A stretch of DNA of 61,241 bases, filler included, from Thelocarpon superellum (taxonomy: Eukaryota): NCBI GenBank assembly GCA_026025795.1. It is 6 parts of 6 records of this genome, joined end to end, with 100 filler letters (N's around TTAATTAATTAA, not from the genome) between each part and the next. Parts side by side here need not be neighbours in the genome. Positions count along the whole stretch, not along the records: positions 40,976 to 51,062 come from JAPEUG010000541.1; positions 51,163 to 61,241 come from JAPEUG010000542.1; 4 more parts are not named here. One strand, written 5' to 3'. Position 1 is the stretch's first letter. Each line of letters starts with the position of its first letter. Under the pieces are notes generated by a model, which made no database searches, was not told where the DNA came from, and saw only the letters and a list, made by a program, of their open reading frames with translations. Shown piece by piece: positions 48,305 through 61,241 of this stretch. A program made the translations under genes and the position numbers.

Positions 48305-50966
48305 ATGCCTCCCAAGCGCAAGGCACCGAAGAGTAAGAGGCTCTTGAGGATGAAAATAGTGTTTGTGTCTGACCAGCTGCTCAATAGAGGTTCCACAGGG
48401 CAGATCCTCAAAGCGATCGACACCCGGTGCCGGGACGCCACAGAGCATTGGCAGCTCGGATGAGTATTCGGAGTCCGGCGAAGATGCCAGTATCGCGGAC
48501 GAGGAATTTCGCACTGAACGATCGAATCTGGGAGAGGAAAATATCAACAGTAAGGCCTTTGGGTCTCCACGGATAGTTGAAGACCCGAGGCTGAAGATTG
48601 TCATCACGTATTTAGAAGCGCTGGATGCCTTTTCGGCGCAAGCCTACACCAGGAACGACCCCAGAGACCATCCACGCGACACGGCGTCGGGGTTCTTTGG
48701 CCGGAATGACTATTGCAACCTTCGACTGAAGGCGGACCATGACAGCCGGCCGTTGTGGATCGATCCCGTCAAAGGCCGAATCATTCTCGAGAGCTTCTCG
48801 CCACTCGCGGCGCAGGCGCAGGACTTTTTGACCACCGTGGCTGAGCCGCTGTCTCGACCGATGTTTCTCCATGAGTATGCTCTCACGGCACACAGCTTGT
48901 ATGCTGCGGTCTCGGTTGGGTTGGATCCCAAGGACATCATCGACGTGCTTGACCGGCTGTCCAAGGTTCCGATCCCAGAGGGCATCAAGAACTTTATCCA
49001 GAAATGCACGCACTCGTACGGCAAGGTGAAGCTGGTATTGAAGCAGAATCGATTCTTCATGGAGACGACCGACCCTGAGACCCTGCAAGTCCTGTTGAAA
49101 GACCCCGTCATCGGGCCGACGCGAATCGAGGGAACGGAGGTGACGCGTGGGAAGGCGTCGGGCATGGGTGATCTCGTCATCCCCGGGACCAAAGACGCCA
49201 ACGCCAAGCAACAGCGCCCGGAACAGGCGGTCCAGAAACGCCCAGAGCAGACCGGCGACGTTGCCAACGCGCAGGACGACATCTTTGTCACGCTACGCGA
49301 GGAAGATGACGATGATGATGGGGATGAGATTCAGTCATTTGAGATCCGGGCGCAGGATGTCGAGACGGTACAGCGACGGTGTCTGGACATGGAGTATCCG
49401 GTTTTGGAAGAGTATGACTTCCGCAACGACGAGGCCAATGCCAACCTCGACATCGACTTGAAACCGAATACGCAAATCCGCAGCTATCAGGAGAAGAGTC
49501 TGAGCAAGATGTTTGGCAACGGTCGAGCGAAGAGCGGGCTGATTGTCCTCCCATGCGGAGCGGGAAAGACATTGGTCGGGATCACGGCGGCTTGCACGAT
49601 CAAGAAAGGCACCGTCATCCTCTGTACGAGCACGATGTCGGTGGTGCAGTGGCGAAACGAGTTTCTGAAGTGGTCCAATATCAACCCCAATGACATTGCC
49701 ATCTTCACGTCGGACCACAAGGAGAAGTTCTCGGGCAACACGGGCATCATCGTGTCGACATACTCCATGGTCACGCAGTCGCGGGCCCGCTCACACGATT
49801 CGCAGAAGATGATGGATTTCCTGACGGGCCGGGAATGGGGTCTCATGATCCTGGACGAGGTGCACGTGGTACCGGCGTCGATGTTCCGAAAAGTGACGCA
49901 CTCGATCGCCACACATTCGAAGCTGGGCTTGACGGCGACACTCCTGCGGGAGGACGACAAGATCAAGGACCTCAACTTCTTGATTGGGCCCAAGCTCTAC
50001 GAGGCCAACTGGATGGAGCTGGCCGAGCAGGGGCACATCGCCAAGGTGCAGTGTGCCGAGGTGTGGTGTCCCATGACGACCGAGTTCTACCAGGAGTACC
50101 TCCGCGAGAAGAGCCGCAAGCGCAACCTGCTCTTCATCATGAACCCGCGCAAGTTTCAGGCGTGCCAGTTCCTGATCAACTACCACGAGAAACGAGGCGA
50201 CAAGGTCATCGTCTTCTCCGACAACACGTACGCGTTGAAGAAGTACGCCCTGGCTCTGAACAAGGCCTTCATCTACGGCGAGACCCCTCAGGCGGAGCGC
50301 CTCCGGCTCCTGGAGAACTTTCAGCACAACGAGCAAGTCAACACGATCTTCCTGTCGAAAGTTGGCGATACGTCGCTCGACCTCCCGGAAGCCACATGTC
50401 TGATCCAGATCTCGTCGCACTACGGTTCGCGACGACAAGAAGCGCAGCGACTCGGCCGGATCCTGCGGGCCAAACGACGCAACGACGAAGGCTTCAACGC
50501 CTTCTTCTATTCCCTCGTCTCCAAGGACACGCAAGAGATGTACTATTCATCCAAGCGGCAAGCCTTCCTCGTGGACCAAGGCTACGCCTTCAAGGTGATT
50601 ACACACCTCCAGGGCATCGAAAACCTCCCGAACCTCGCCTTTGCGCGGGCCGACGAACGGCGGGCGCTCCTCGCAGAAGTCATGCTCCAGAACGAGAGCA
50701 CGGCGGACGAAGAGCAAGTATTCGACGACCTCTTCTACGACAAATCCGCCGGCGGCGGCGGCACGGGGCGTTCGCTCGCCGCGGGCCGGAAAGGCGTCCG
50801 CCGCACGGCTGGCATGCTGCAGGATCTCAGCGGCGGGCAGGACATGGCGTACGCGGAATACAACAGCAGCAAGAACAAGGAGCTGCGGAAGAAAGGGCCG
50901 CAGAATCCCTTCTTCAAGAAGATCTCGAGAGAGAATGCCAAGCGCAAGGCTCAGCGGGTTGTCTAG
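48305..50966 (+). CDS. SSL2: TFIIH helicase/translocase XPB, 3 exons
   Basis: [28 protein letters not shown]; Walker [13 protein letters not shown] box; [11 protein letters not shown] (RED motif); [11 protein letters not shown]. Confidence 0.97.
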
Positions 50967-51062
50967 GTTGCCCTTCTTTGCTTGGGCTGTGCTTCTTATC
51001 GCTCTTGCTGGGCTCTTTGTTTCTGCGGCGTGGAAAGCGAGAGGGAGGAAAGGAAAGGAAAG

Positions 51063-51162
51063 NNNNNNNNNNNNNNNNNNNNNNNNNNNNNNNNNNNNNN
51101 NNNNNNTTAATTAATTAANNNNNNNNNNNNNNNNNNNNNNNNNNNNNNNNNNNNNNNNNNNN
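51063..51162. other. Artificial contig linker
   Basis: N44-TTAATTAATTAA-N44. Confidence 0.99.
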
Positions 51163-51810
51163 TGGACGCCCGTCCATCGGGTTCGCTACAGGGAGATGTG
51201 CCCGTTTGCTTATGCAACTCGCTGGAGCAATGATAGCCCTTCACTTGCTGTTGCTTCCTCGCTCGTTACCTGCAGTTACTCGTATCGAACCCACAATCGG
51301 TTGCAGGCAGAAGAGACGCCTTCCTACGAGCACTCGTAGATTGATATTCACTGGGTCAATATGCTACGACATGGCGGGACCCGTTCGGTTGTTCGCATCC
51401 CACTCAATTCTTCAAGGCGAGGTTGATGCGGTCCTGGAACGTACGATTTCTGGCGTGCTGGGCCGGGCACCTGGTCTATTGGGACTCAGGCTCTTTCTGC
51501 CCATACGAGCACCGCGATGATTCCCGCACCCCTACGGTTGGTGCTGTTATCGCCGCAACCCAAGGGGACTGCCCCCGGACAGAGTCTCCTCCGTCATTGA
51601 TCCGTAACTCTATCGTCAAGCGACTACTGGAAGACCCTCATTAATGGGCAACGTAGACCAGACAAGTGTGCAGGTTTTGCTACTTTTAATGAGCGCCGTT
51701 ATCTCCAGACGGCATCTGTCAGGGATACAACAGACTTCGCCGGATACTTGGGCAGAACTCACGCTCAATAATACGTTCTCGTCTAGGCGTTTACGCGATG
51801 CCCAGTCTCG

Positions 51811-51821
51811 CAAGTCACGTG
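51811..51821. promoter_or_regulatory. E-box CAAGTCACGTG upstream of VMA11
   Basis: The same 11-mer as in the VMA3 promoter, about 135 nt upstream of the ATG. Confidence 0.5.
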
Positions 51822-51953
51822 CACTGGGCGCGACGTATCCGCGTGCCTTCTGCTGTAGCGAAGTATCCGAAGCTTCGATCGGTCTTTGGTAGCCTCATAA
51901 CGTGAGCACTGCTGCCCGATTCTGAGCAGCCCGCGGCTACGACCACCGCTCCG

Positions 51954-52830
51954 ATGGCGGAATCCGAACTCACTCCCAAGTTCGCTCCCTTCCTGGGAAT
52001 GGTAGGTTCATCGGAGCTGTCCGTCCCCGTCGCCTAACCATGCTAACGACTCGGCAGGGTGGCATCGCCTTTGCCGTGAGATGGCGTCCCCCATCACCGC
52101 CCGAAAACCTGAGCTGACATTTCTCTGGACAACAGATGATCTTCGGCAGTACGTAGCCCTGGACCCACGCGAAGGGGCCTCGGTCCCGCTGACAAGCTGC
52201 GCCGGCCGCAGGTATTGGGGCAGCCTATGGCACGGCCAAGTCCGGGATCGGTATCGCCGGCGTGGGAACCTTTCGGCCTGACCTCATCATGAAGGTATGG
52301 CACAGTGTGCGAGAGCTTTTCAGATCACTGATCCCGGGGGCTAGTCGTTGATACCGGTCGTCATGGCGGGGATCATCGCCGTTTACTCCCTCGTCATTGC
52401 CGTCCTCATCGCCGGGGATATCGGCCCCCCCCCTGGACAGAACTACAGCTTGTTCGCGTAGGCCATCCCCACGTCTCGGGGCCGGCCAGGGGCTGACGTG
52501 GATTGACGCAGTGGTTTCATGCATCTGGCCTGCGGGCTCTGTGTGGGTCTGACTGGACTCGCTGCTGGATATGCCATCGGACTGGTCGGCGACACAGTAT
52601 CCTCTCTTCATGCCCTCACCAGAGCGCGCACGGCTGACGCAAAGACAGGGCGTCCGGGCATATATGCAGCAATCGAGGATATTTGTGGGAATGGTGCTCA
52701 TTTTGATTTTTGCCGAAGTACTCGGCCTCTACGGGTGAGTGTCTGGGCCGGGTCATGACCGACGCGGACTGACGATTTCTGGGATAGCCTGATTGTTGCA
52801 TTGATTCTTAACTCCAAGAGCTCAGGCTGA
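51954..52830 (+). CDS. VMA11: V-ATPase proteolipid subunit c', 8 exons
   Basis: [70 protein letters not shown]...|GFMHLACGL...|[42 protein letters not shown]. Confidence 0.94.
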
Positions 52831-53430
52831 GCAGACCGAGTGACCTGGTCAATTGATGACGGATGGTGGTGGTGGAGGTGGCGACGTTGTCGTTTGTACC
52901 GATATACAGGAGCATATCACGCCTCCGGAGACGACTACGGTGGGTTGGTGTTGTGGGAGTTGGGCAATCATTTACTGTGATACAACATTATCATCCAAAT
53001 ATCAAGTGCCACCGTCGTGATCTCCTCCAGATCAGGGCTCACCCGCTCGCCGTTATGCGCACCCCAACTCGCCTCAACCACGACCGCCCCTCACCCTACC
53101 GGAATCTCGCGTCGACTCTCTCTACCTGACGCTTTGTAGTAGCCCTCTACGGCGATGTTGTACTCGCTCCTGCCATTTAGCCTTCAAAGCCCCCGTCTGG
53201 AGCGCCAGGTAACCACGACAGGTTTTACCCACCATCTTGAGCCGCCATGGGACGTACTCACCAAGGGTCCAGGTCAACAGCATCTGCACTGTTTCCTTTG
53301 ATGCTCACCGTGCTCGCCTGTCCCGCCTTCATTCTCTCTCACATACATATCTCCTGAAAGGCGGCCGTCTTTTTAATGATCGAGGAAAAGCCTCGACAGC
53401 GAAAGGGACTCAACAGTACACGGTTCTTAA

Positions 53431-54265
53431 TCAAATCAAGGCTCGAGACTTAAGGTCGTACATCACATCAAAGGCATATGGCGAACATAAGCGCGTCGCC
53501 GAGCCGACTTGCTGCCACACAACGTCAGACATCATTCGGTAATCAATCCCACAGCAAACCCGCTCGACGTGGCAGCCTCTCCACTATTGCACGCAACGTT
53601 AAGAGCGTTAAATCTGGTGGATAGAAGGGTTAATGATGTGTCCTACTCAAATCAAGGACGCCGTGGCCACGCCAGAAGAGCAAGACTCACGTATCAGAGA
53701 TTTCGTGGTAGACAAAGTCGAGCTCGGTGTATCCGATGTTGTATGCCGCGGGAGCCCCAAACCAGGCAGTGCAACGAGCAGAGGTTTGGTTGATGAAGTT
53801 GTACATTCCGTCTGTGTTGACCGAAGACAAGTTCATCGTCACAGCATTGTCGCGGTCAGCCGACAGCTGCTGTGCTGTGAAGCCCGGTGAGATATGGTTC
53901 AGGACCATCTTTGCAGCATTGGTGCAGTCTGCGTCAGCCACAGGAGCGTCCTTGAAACATCCCATTGTCACATCTTGCAGGTCGTTTTTGACCTCGGAGG
54001 GGATCTTTGGGTAGGATGAAAAGCCTGCGTAGCCCTCAGGTATCTTATCTGCAGGTGCTACCTCGAGATTCCTAACGATAGTTGCGGTTGGGCCCACAGG
54101 TAATTCGGTGCAGAAGGAAACGTCTAAGATGAAATAGGTCGGCGTTGCGGCCAGGGGGGATCTGATCTGCTTCGGCGTCAAGATTTCATCGGTGCAATTC
54201 TGCAGAGCAGCCACTGTGGCGAGCAGGGTTACAGCGATAAGTCCAGTTCGGATGGAATCCATCAT
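53431..54265 (-). CDS. Putative secreted cysteine-containing protein with no family I recognise; 3' exons uncertain
   Basis: Signal peptide MMDSIRTGLIAVTLLATVAA; about 190 aa in exon 1 with 5 Cys; GTGAGT donor at 53690 and ATTAAC...CAG acceptor continuing FNALNVACNSG. Confidence 0.65.
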
Positions 54266-56365
54266 GCGTGGTTCGATGGTGTGACTGTAGCGTGTCGTCA
54301 AGAGACGAAAATGGAGATACTCGAGATCCGTTTGATGGTGCTGGAGGATGTCCTAGATAAAGCAGATGAGTTGCACAATCGGCGTCTTCATATCGTACGG
54401 TCAGATCTGAGATTGCCTACGAGCACGAGGCGTTTTGCAAGTGGCCGAGAGCATTAAGCAAGCTCTGTGCGCTTTGAAGCTCACAGATTGCAGATATGAT
54501 GCCCAGGGCTTGACAAATGAAAGTGAAACTGATATCGAATCGTAATCTATAGAAGTCGAACCATGCAACATATATCATTGGCTGCATTACGCATGATCCT
54601 ACCCACCACAATGGCAAAAGCCCATCCCTCTTAAAGCTGTTGGCTGCTATGAAGGCGACATACGGGTCAGTGCATCATGACACCTGTAGGATCAAACAAG
54701 GCAGGCTCACTGCAACGCACCTGCTTCCCCGTCAACTGAAATAGACCTGACATGCAGCAAATCGCCATGCTACTCGTATTGAGTAGGATTAGTAGGATAA
54801 ATCATTAGCGTGCCCAGGTGCAAGGTGGCATGGTGCGCAGCATAATGCTCACAGCATCAGCTGCGCACCCTGAGATGCCGCAATCTCGAGTCATCGCGTC
54901 GTGAAGCTCCACGTCGCGTCGTGCTTGGCCTTCCACCAGTTGATGGCGAGGACGAGGAGGGCGGGGACCCTCGCGATAAGACGAGCGTCGACAAGATTTC
55001 CACCGCGCTTGACGCGACTGTTCTCTCTCCGCGGGAAGGTGAGAGCACGATTCCTGAAGTACGACCGCCGTCTGAGGATGCAAGACTTCAGCAGTGCCGA
55101 ATCCAGCCCTGCAAGCCACTTTGGTAGCTCGGCGCCCGGGTTTTTCTGGTCGGGCGGCATTTCCCGTTTCCCGACCGGACGCCGTTGTGGCATTGATCTC
55201 ATGCTGGCCAGATGAGTAAAGCGGTGTTGCCCTTGGTTTCGAAGGCATCCAGACATTAGGGCTCGGTACAGAGGGGAGAGCTGTAATCACCAGGATCTGT
55301 GCGACGTCGAGATATCGATCTTGCAGCTTGGTCCTCGTGGCTAGATTTATCAAAGGCCAGCATGCATGCCACCGTTGGCTTGCGTTGTACACGGTGCCTC
55401 CAACGTTTACGTCATGATAGTGCGTTTCAAACAATATCACCAACTAGTAGTGTGGTAGGATGTCCGACTGCTCGATCCTCTACTTGCGTTGGCTCCAGGC
55501 GACGAGCGATAACGACCGTAAGGCCCAGCTTCGGTGGAGGGTCAAGGGTCAACTGGAATGCGCGGCGAGCACTCGTACACTCCGGTACAGTTAACCGAGA
55601 ACGTTCGAGTGCTCCATACGTAAATTCGGTACGTAACTTACGACCAGATGTTCCGTATGTCGTGCCTGTACCGGTGTCCGCACGGGAGTACTTGGTCCGA
55701 TGGACACCCCTACTACGTCTGCGTGACAAGGGTGCTGCCCCACGCGTGCTTGTGACCGCAACGGAGGCAGGCAGGGGCCACAGCACCTTTGGGGGTCCCG
55801 GTCGCCGATCTCGATGAAATCCCGGTTTGGGGGATCTGGTGGGCAGCACCCTGGTCGAGCCAATCCCATGCTCTTCTCAGACCCCGAGGATGCTTGGCTC
55901 AGCAGGGAGCGGGCCCACGGTCCAGGGTATGGTAGGCCCGATCGGTTCGATAACATTAGTGACAGGTCTTGGGCGACGCCCTCCCGGTCCCGACTTAGTC
56001 CACGCCACCGCGTTCCCACGGCTGCTAACAACCTCCGCCGCCGCCGCCATCCGGCCCCCGGCCGTCCCCCACAGCGTTATGCCGAGGGCCAAGGCCTTGC
56101 CTAGACAAGCTCCGCTTTCGCCGTGGTCATCGCCCGAGCTTCCGGGCCCTAAGGTCTCGTCGTCTGCGGCCCGGCCTATTCGCTTTGCATCGTCGGCAGC
56201 ATGTAGTCGCAGCGTGCCAGTCTCCCGCTCCCAGGCGCCGTCATGCTCATCATCTCGGTCTCCACCACCAGCGCGGTCACGGCGACGGCCACGTTCGCCG
56301 TCACCTAGCCAGGACTTGAAGTTCGTCTGGTCGTCCCCGCCAGAGCATCGTGGCCGCGTCCGGTC

Positions 56366-57921
56366 ATGGCGACGAGGACGGTGCAAGACTTAGCATCTGT
56401 GATAACATCCAAGATCTCCCCAAACATGTCCACCGACCATGCAGCTGGCACCACTGGTGCACCGCCATCCGTAGGCCACACCAAGGCCGTCGACGCTGTC
56501 GCGCCGTGTGCTCCTGGTGCAGAACCGGGGGCTCCCATCGGCAGCGCCGAAGCTTCCGCCGACCACAGCCATGCCATCAGTTCAGGGAAGACCTTGCATT
56601 TGTCCGATTTCGAGCTGCTGCGGACACTTGGCACGGGTGGGGCGATATTGTCGGTGTGGTTGACCAGACGAGCCCCCACTGATCCATGTTCACACAGGGA
56701 CCTTTGCGCGAGTATGGCTGGCCCGTCGAGCAAGGATCGGCGATGACTCTTCCACTCCTCACCAACCCGACACGGTCTTTGCCCTCAAGGTCCTCCGGAA
56801 GGCCGAGAGTATGTCTAGTGTCCCCCCTCCGACCGTCCGTGATCCAGCTCACCCCCTCCAGTCATCCGCCTTAAACAAGTTGAGCATGTGCGGAACGAGC
56901 GTGAGGTCTTGGCCGCGGTCGCTGGTTACCCTTTCATTATTACGATGGAGGCGAGCTTCGCGGACCGTGACTGTCTGTATATGCTGGTATGACATGGGCA
57001 CGGGCGTGACGATACGTGCTCCGCATTGACCATTCCTAGCTTGAATATTGTCCGGGTGGTGAGGTCTTCAGCTACCTGAGGAAAGCCAAACGATTCGATC
57101 CTGCCACCGCGCAGTTCTATGCGGCCGAAATCGTGCTCGTGCTGGAATTTCTCCACGGCACACTCGGCGTGGCCTATCGCGACCTGAAACCGGAGAATCT
57201 TTTGATCGATGCTCACGGCCATCTCAAGCTGGTCGACTTTGGCTTCGCCAAGCGGCTCGACAACCGTATATCCCCCGTGGACCCATGTGCGCGGGCTAGG
57301 GCTGATCGGCCGCAGGGGAGACGTACACCTTATGTGGGACGCCCGAGTATCTCGCGCCTGAGATCATCCAGAGCAAAGGTCAGGACCAATCAGTCTCGAA
57401 CGGCTTTCATTTGACAACTGACGGTGACGGGTTAGGCCATAGCACGGCAGTGGACTGGTGGGCATTTGGTATCCTGCTGTACGAATTTGTGGTGGGGCAA
57501 CCTCCTTTCTGGGACCAGAATCCCCTGAAAATATACGAGAAGTGGGTGACGACCGGGTCGACCTTGCCCTCGCGAGATCACCAACTGAGCGGCGGGTAGG
57601 ATCGTGAACGAGCCCATCAAATTTCCGCGCGCCATGCCATCCGACGCGGAGAGTCTCATCAGCGCGCTCTGCACCAAGGATCGATCGAGGCGACTTGGTA
57701 ATCTTTCGGGCGGGGTGTCGCAGGTCAAGGTCCATCCATTCTTCGCTGGGATCGACTGGGATGCCGTGTACCGACGTGAGATGGACGGACCCATCGTGCC
57801 GCAGGTGCATCACGCAACGGACAGCAGTAATTTCGACGAATATCCCCCCGATGACCATCCCAAGGAGCCATATACGGAGGAGTTGTATGAAGAGTACGAG
57901 GATGCCTTTCGAGACTTTTGA
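56366..57921 (+). CDS. cAMP-dependent protein kinase catalytic subunit (PkaB/PkaC2-like), 7 exons
   Basis: [70 protein letters not shown]-terminal FRDF hydrophobic motif. Confidence 0.92.
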
Positions 57922-58288
57922 TTCTTCTGCTTGTCATGGCCATACCCATTCAGTCTAGTCTAGTCAATTTGATGATGCAGGGAGCGGTGGGGAACATGAC
58001 GGGGGCTGGGGGAGATGGAAGAAGCCACTGCGTAATCTTACCTAAGATCGCCCTCGGATCGACTGCCCATGTCACTAGGAGGAAGGAGGAGTGCTGTTGT
58101 AGTGGTCAGAGCAGTTGATCCCTGCAGGTCCACTTCTGGTATGGGTTGATACGAACGTGGGGCGGCGGAGCTGAGAGAACCAAGGGCGGACTGATCGAGG
58201 TAGCTGTTCGACCTTCACGAGGTGGCCAACGTCCAACGTGTGATCGGGAGTCGTGAGCTCTATACTCACTACTCAACGATGCGATATC

Positions 58289-61030
58289 ATGTCTCCATTT
58301 GCCGCGGCCTGGCGGGCTTGGAGGTCCCCAGGACTGCCGCACCAATGCCGCGGCCTGTTGACTCAATCTTTCAGTCAAGGCCCGACCACGGTAAAGTTGC
58401 CTCAGAGTGCGAGGCAACTGGTTTACCCCGAAGCTGACGCTCGTCAATGTAGCCGCCTCTCGTGGAACAAACCATCGGATCTCATTTTGCCTCAATCGTG
58501 TCGAGCTACGGCGACCGTCCAGCGTAGGTGCTCGCTGAGCGTGCTCGACCACGAACTGACCAACGTAGGGTCATCTCTCACCACCAGCGGAGGCGTCTTA
58601 CGTACGATGATCTGGATCACCAAAGCACCGCCTTTGCACGTGGGCTCCGTAGGAAAGGGGTGAAGAAGGGCGATCGCGTGGCAGTGTCTTTGGGCAACAA
58701 TGTCGAATATGCCACGGTATGGCGGGTGCAACAGGTCCTGGCCAGACATGGATGATGGCTGAATCGGATGCAGGCAACGTATGCGCTCTTCAAGCTCGGG
58801 GCAGTTCTGGTGGGTCGCTCAGCGATGAATGCCTCAAAGCCTCTGACGACTGCTAGGTCCCCTTGAACCCAGGATTCAACGCTGCCCAAGTTACGGCGGC
58901 CCTCTCTCATCTGAATGCATCTTGTTTGATCATTGGCTCAGAGACCAATCGACCTCGCAAGGCGCCTCGGTCGAACCTTACTCTCCTCAGCCAGTTGATT
59001 CTGGATCTTGCTGCACCAAAGATCTCCTCGGAAACAGTTCCCTCGTTAGAGGAGGTCATATTGGTGGACAACTCGGCTGGAAGAGTCGATGCCGGCGACA
59101 TCAAATGTACAACTAGCTATGACGTCGTTATGGAAGATGGAGCGGAGACGGGGACGGCCCTAGAAGCGGGACTACACCCGGACGATGTTATCAACATCCA
59201 GTTCACGTCAGGCACCACATCCGCTCCCAAAGCTGCGTGTCTTACCCATCGATCCATCCTCAACAACGGCAAGAGCATTGGGGATCGAATGCTGCTCACT
59301 CCCGAAGATATTGTGTGCTGTCCTCCACCACTATTTCAGTACGTGCACACCACCTTTCACTGGTATCCACTGACCGCTCCAGCTGCTTTGGGTGTATTCT
59401 TGGGTATATGGCTACAGCGACGCACGGTATGACGACGAGACTATGGGAGCAAGAACTTCAGCTTACCACCCCACAGCTGCATCGATAGTGTTCCCGTCAG
59501 AAGCTTTTGACGCCGTGGCCGCCCTGAGAAGTGTGCAAGAACACCAATGTACAGCGTTGTACGGCGTGCCAACCATGTTCATCGCCGAGCTCGAACTACT
59601 CCAAAACGGGAGCGTGTCTGGAGAGGGATTTCAGAACCTGCGTACTGGCATCGCCGCGGGATCAAGCATACCTGCCGAGTTGATGCGGAAATTACATCGA
59701 CGACTGAACTTGACAGAGCTGAGTGGGTTTCTTCGTCGTGGAAAATGGCTATGAGGTTGACCATGACAAGCAATCTGTTACGGCATGACGGAGACGAGCC
59801 CTGTGTCTGCCATGACGACGACGGATGATCCAATGGAGAAGCGGATCGATAGCGTTGGACGCTTGCTGCCACATGTGGAGTTTGTGCACCATCTCCGGAT
59901 GAAAAGGCTGATGTCCTCCCACCTCTGACTTTGACGATTTCTGGCAGAGCAAAGATCGTGCCCCCCAGCGACCCAAGCCATGTCCTTCCCATCGGGGCAC
60001 GCGGCGAGTTAGCCGTATCTGGTTATCTAGTGATGAAGGAGTACTGGGGCGACCCACAGCGTACGGAAGAAGTATTGATCCGTGACACGGGCGGCAAGCT
60101 ATGGATGCACGTACGTGAGGTCCTCCTGCAGTAGAACCTGGTAGGTCAGCTGACAGCGACCAGACAGGGGACGAAGCCATGATGGACGAGGACGGGTACA
60201 TAAAGGTGCGAGATGCAATGAAGGAGCACACGACGATGAGACGATGAGTTCTGACACCGAGATCCACAGATCACGGGCCGGCTCAAAGACCTGATCATTC
60301 GCGGGGGCGAGAACATCTATCCGCTGGAGATTGAAAATTGCCTACTCGCTCATCCAGGCGTGGCCGATGTATCGGTCGTTGGGGTCCCTGATGAACGGTA
60401 CGGCGAGGTCGTGGTAGCTTTTGTGATGATGCATTCATCTTCGGGACCATCACCACAAAACCCAGCACCGGTTCCATCAACACCAGAGGAATTGAAGAAT
60501 TGGGTGAGGGAAAGACTGAGTAATCACATGGGTACGTCCCACCCTTTTTCTTTCTCTCCTCCCTTACACTTCCTCGATCAACCACGTATGAATCAAGACC
60601 GACAGCCCGGAAAATCCAGACAGGATAGAGAGACAGATAAGAGACGGATGAACTAAGCAGAGAATGAGCGACAGTACCGGCGCATATACTCGCGCGAGAA
60701 AGAGGGCACGACTTCCCAAAGACTGCGAGCGGCAAGATTCAGAAGTTTAAGCTGAGAGACGAGGCTATTTCTCTGCTTTCTCCTCCTTCTCCTTCTCCTT
60801 CTCCTTCTCCTTCTCCTTCTCCTTCTCCTTCTCCTTCTCCTTCTCCTTCTCCTTCTCCTTCTCCTTCTCCTTCTCCTTCTCCTTCTCCTTCTCCTTCTCC
60901 TTCTCATTCTCCTTCTCCTTCTCCTTCTCCTTCTCCTTCTCCTTCTCCTTCTCCTTCTCCTTCTCCTTCTCCTTCTCCTTCTCCTTCTCCGTCTTCTTCT
61001 CCTCCTTCCTTTGGTTCCACGTCCACATGA
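58289..61030 (+). CDS. Acyl-CoA synthetase (ANL superfamily, ACSF2-like), probably mitochondrial, 12 exons, with (SP)n tail
   Basis: [14 protein letters not shown] (P-loop); [66 protein letters not shown] (A10 Lys); stop TGA at 61028-61030. Confidence 0.9.
60779..60991 (+). repeat. (TCTCCT)n hexanucleotide microsatellite, about 34 units
   Basis: Near-perfect array with one TCTCAT variant at 60902-60907. Confidence 0.95.
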
Positions 61031-61241
61031 GGTGCAGAATCGCGGGACTCTGTGTTCTGAGCCAATCTGAGAGAAATGGTACGTACTACTACACTATTAC
61101 AGCATAAGGAGTATCCATAAAGACGGGATATGTACGAACAAGTACCTCGTTGAGTACGGTATATTAACGTTAAAGCAGGTCGTATGTACGCGAACAGTTG
61201 GCTCGGTTAATGTATTTCATATCTTCAGTCGCAGCGTCGTC

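Noticed and set aside
5063..52830. Apparent clustering of VMA3 with VMA11, or of RPB3 with SSL2 and the CID gene
   Set aside because: The pairs lie on different size-sorted contigs, so co-occurrence in this window is arbitrary.
55814..56393. ORFs upstream of the PKA gene as a separate gene or N-terminal extension
   Set aside because: Low-complexity GC-rich frames without domains. The ATG at 56366 is already in frame with the kinase domain. They could be uORFs, but nothing here supports that.
60653..61028. Minus-strand poly-Arg and (EK)n ORFs
   Set aside because: Reverse readings of the (TCTCCT)n microsatellite; the plus strand carries the conserved enzyme frame.

Overview
Eukaryotic, not prokaryotic: GC-rich, intron-dense filamentous ascomycete (Pezizomycotina) DNA. 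The window is six contigs (1-10187, 10288-20432, 20533-30671, 30772-40875, 40976-51062, 51163-61241) joined by artificial 100-nt linkers (N44-TTAATTAATTAA-N44). Contig lengths fall monotonically (10187, 10145, 10139, 10104, 10087, 10079), so they were size-sorted and adjacency across linkers has no biological meaning. By manual splicing I reconstructed about 27 protein-coding genes, mostly housekeeping: SFA1, VMA3, SNU13, a GH72, MRPL16, RFC5, MGE1, RCN1, RPB3, MIC60, a GH36, MSY1, MSH6, an FLC/TRP channel, a CASTOR/ACT protein, SSL2, VMA11, PKA-C and an acyl-CoA synthetase. There is also an intronless tRNA-Phe(GAA) and a stop-interrupted reading frame. I see no mobile element, CRISPR array or clear new multi-gene system. 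The best leads are a microsatellite translated as an (SP)~34 tail on the acyl-CoA synthetase, a frame-intact ORF broken only by three TAG/TGA codons, a CLEAR-like CAAGTCACGTG element shared by two unlinked V-ATPase proteolipid genes, a C-box motif in SNU13 intron 1, and two small proteins I cannot assign to a family. All family assignments come from recognised motifs, not database searches.
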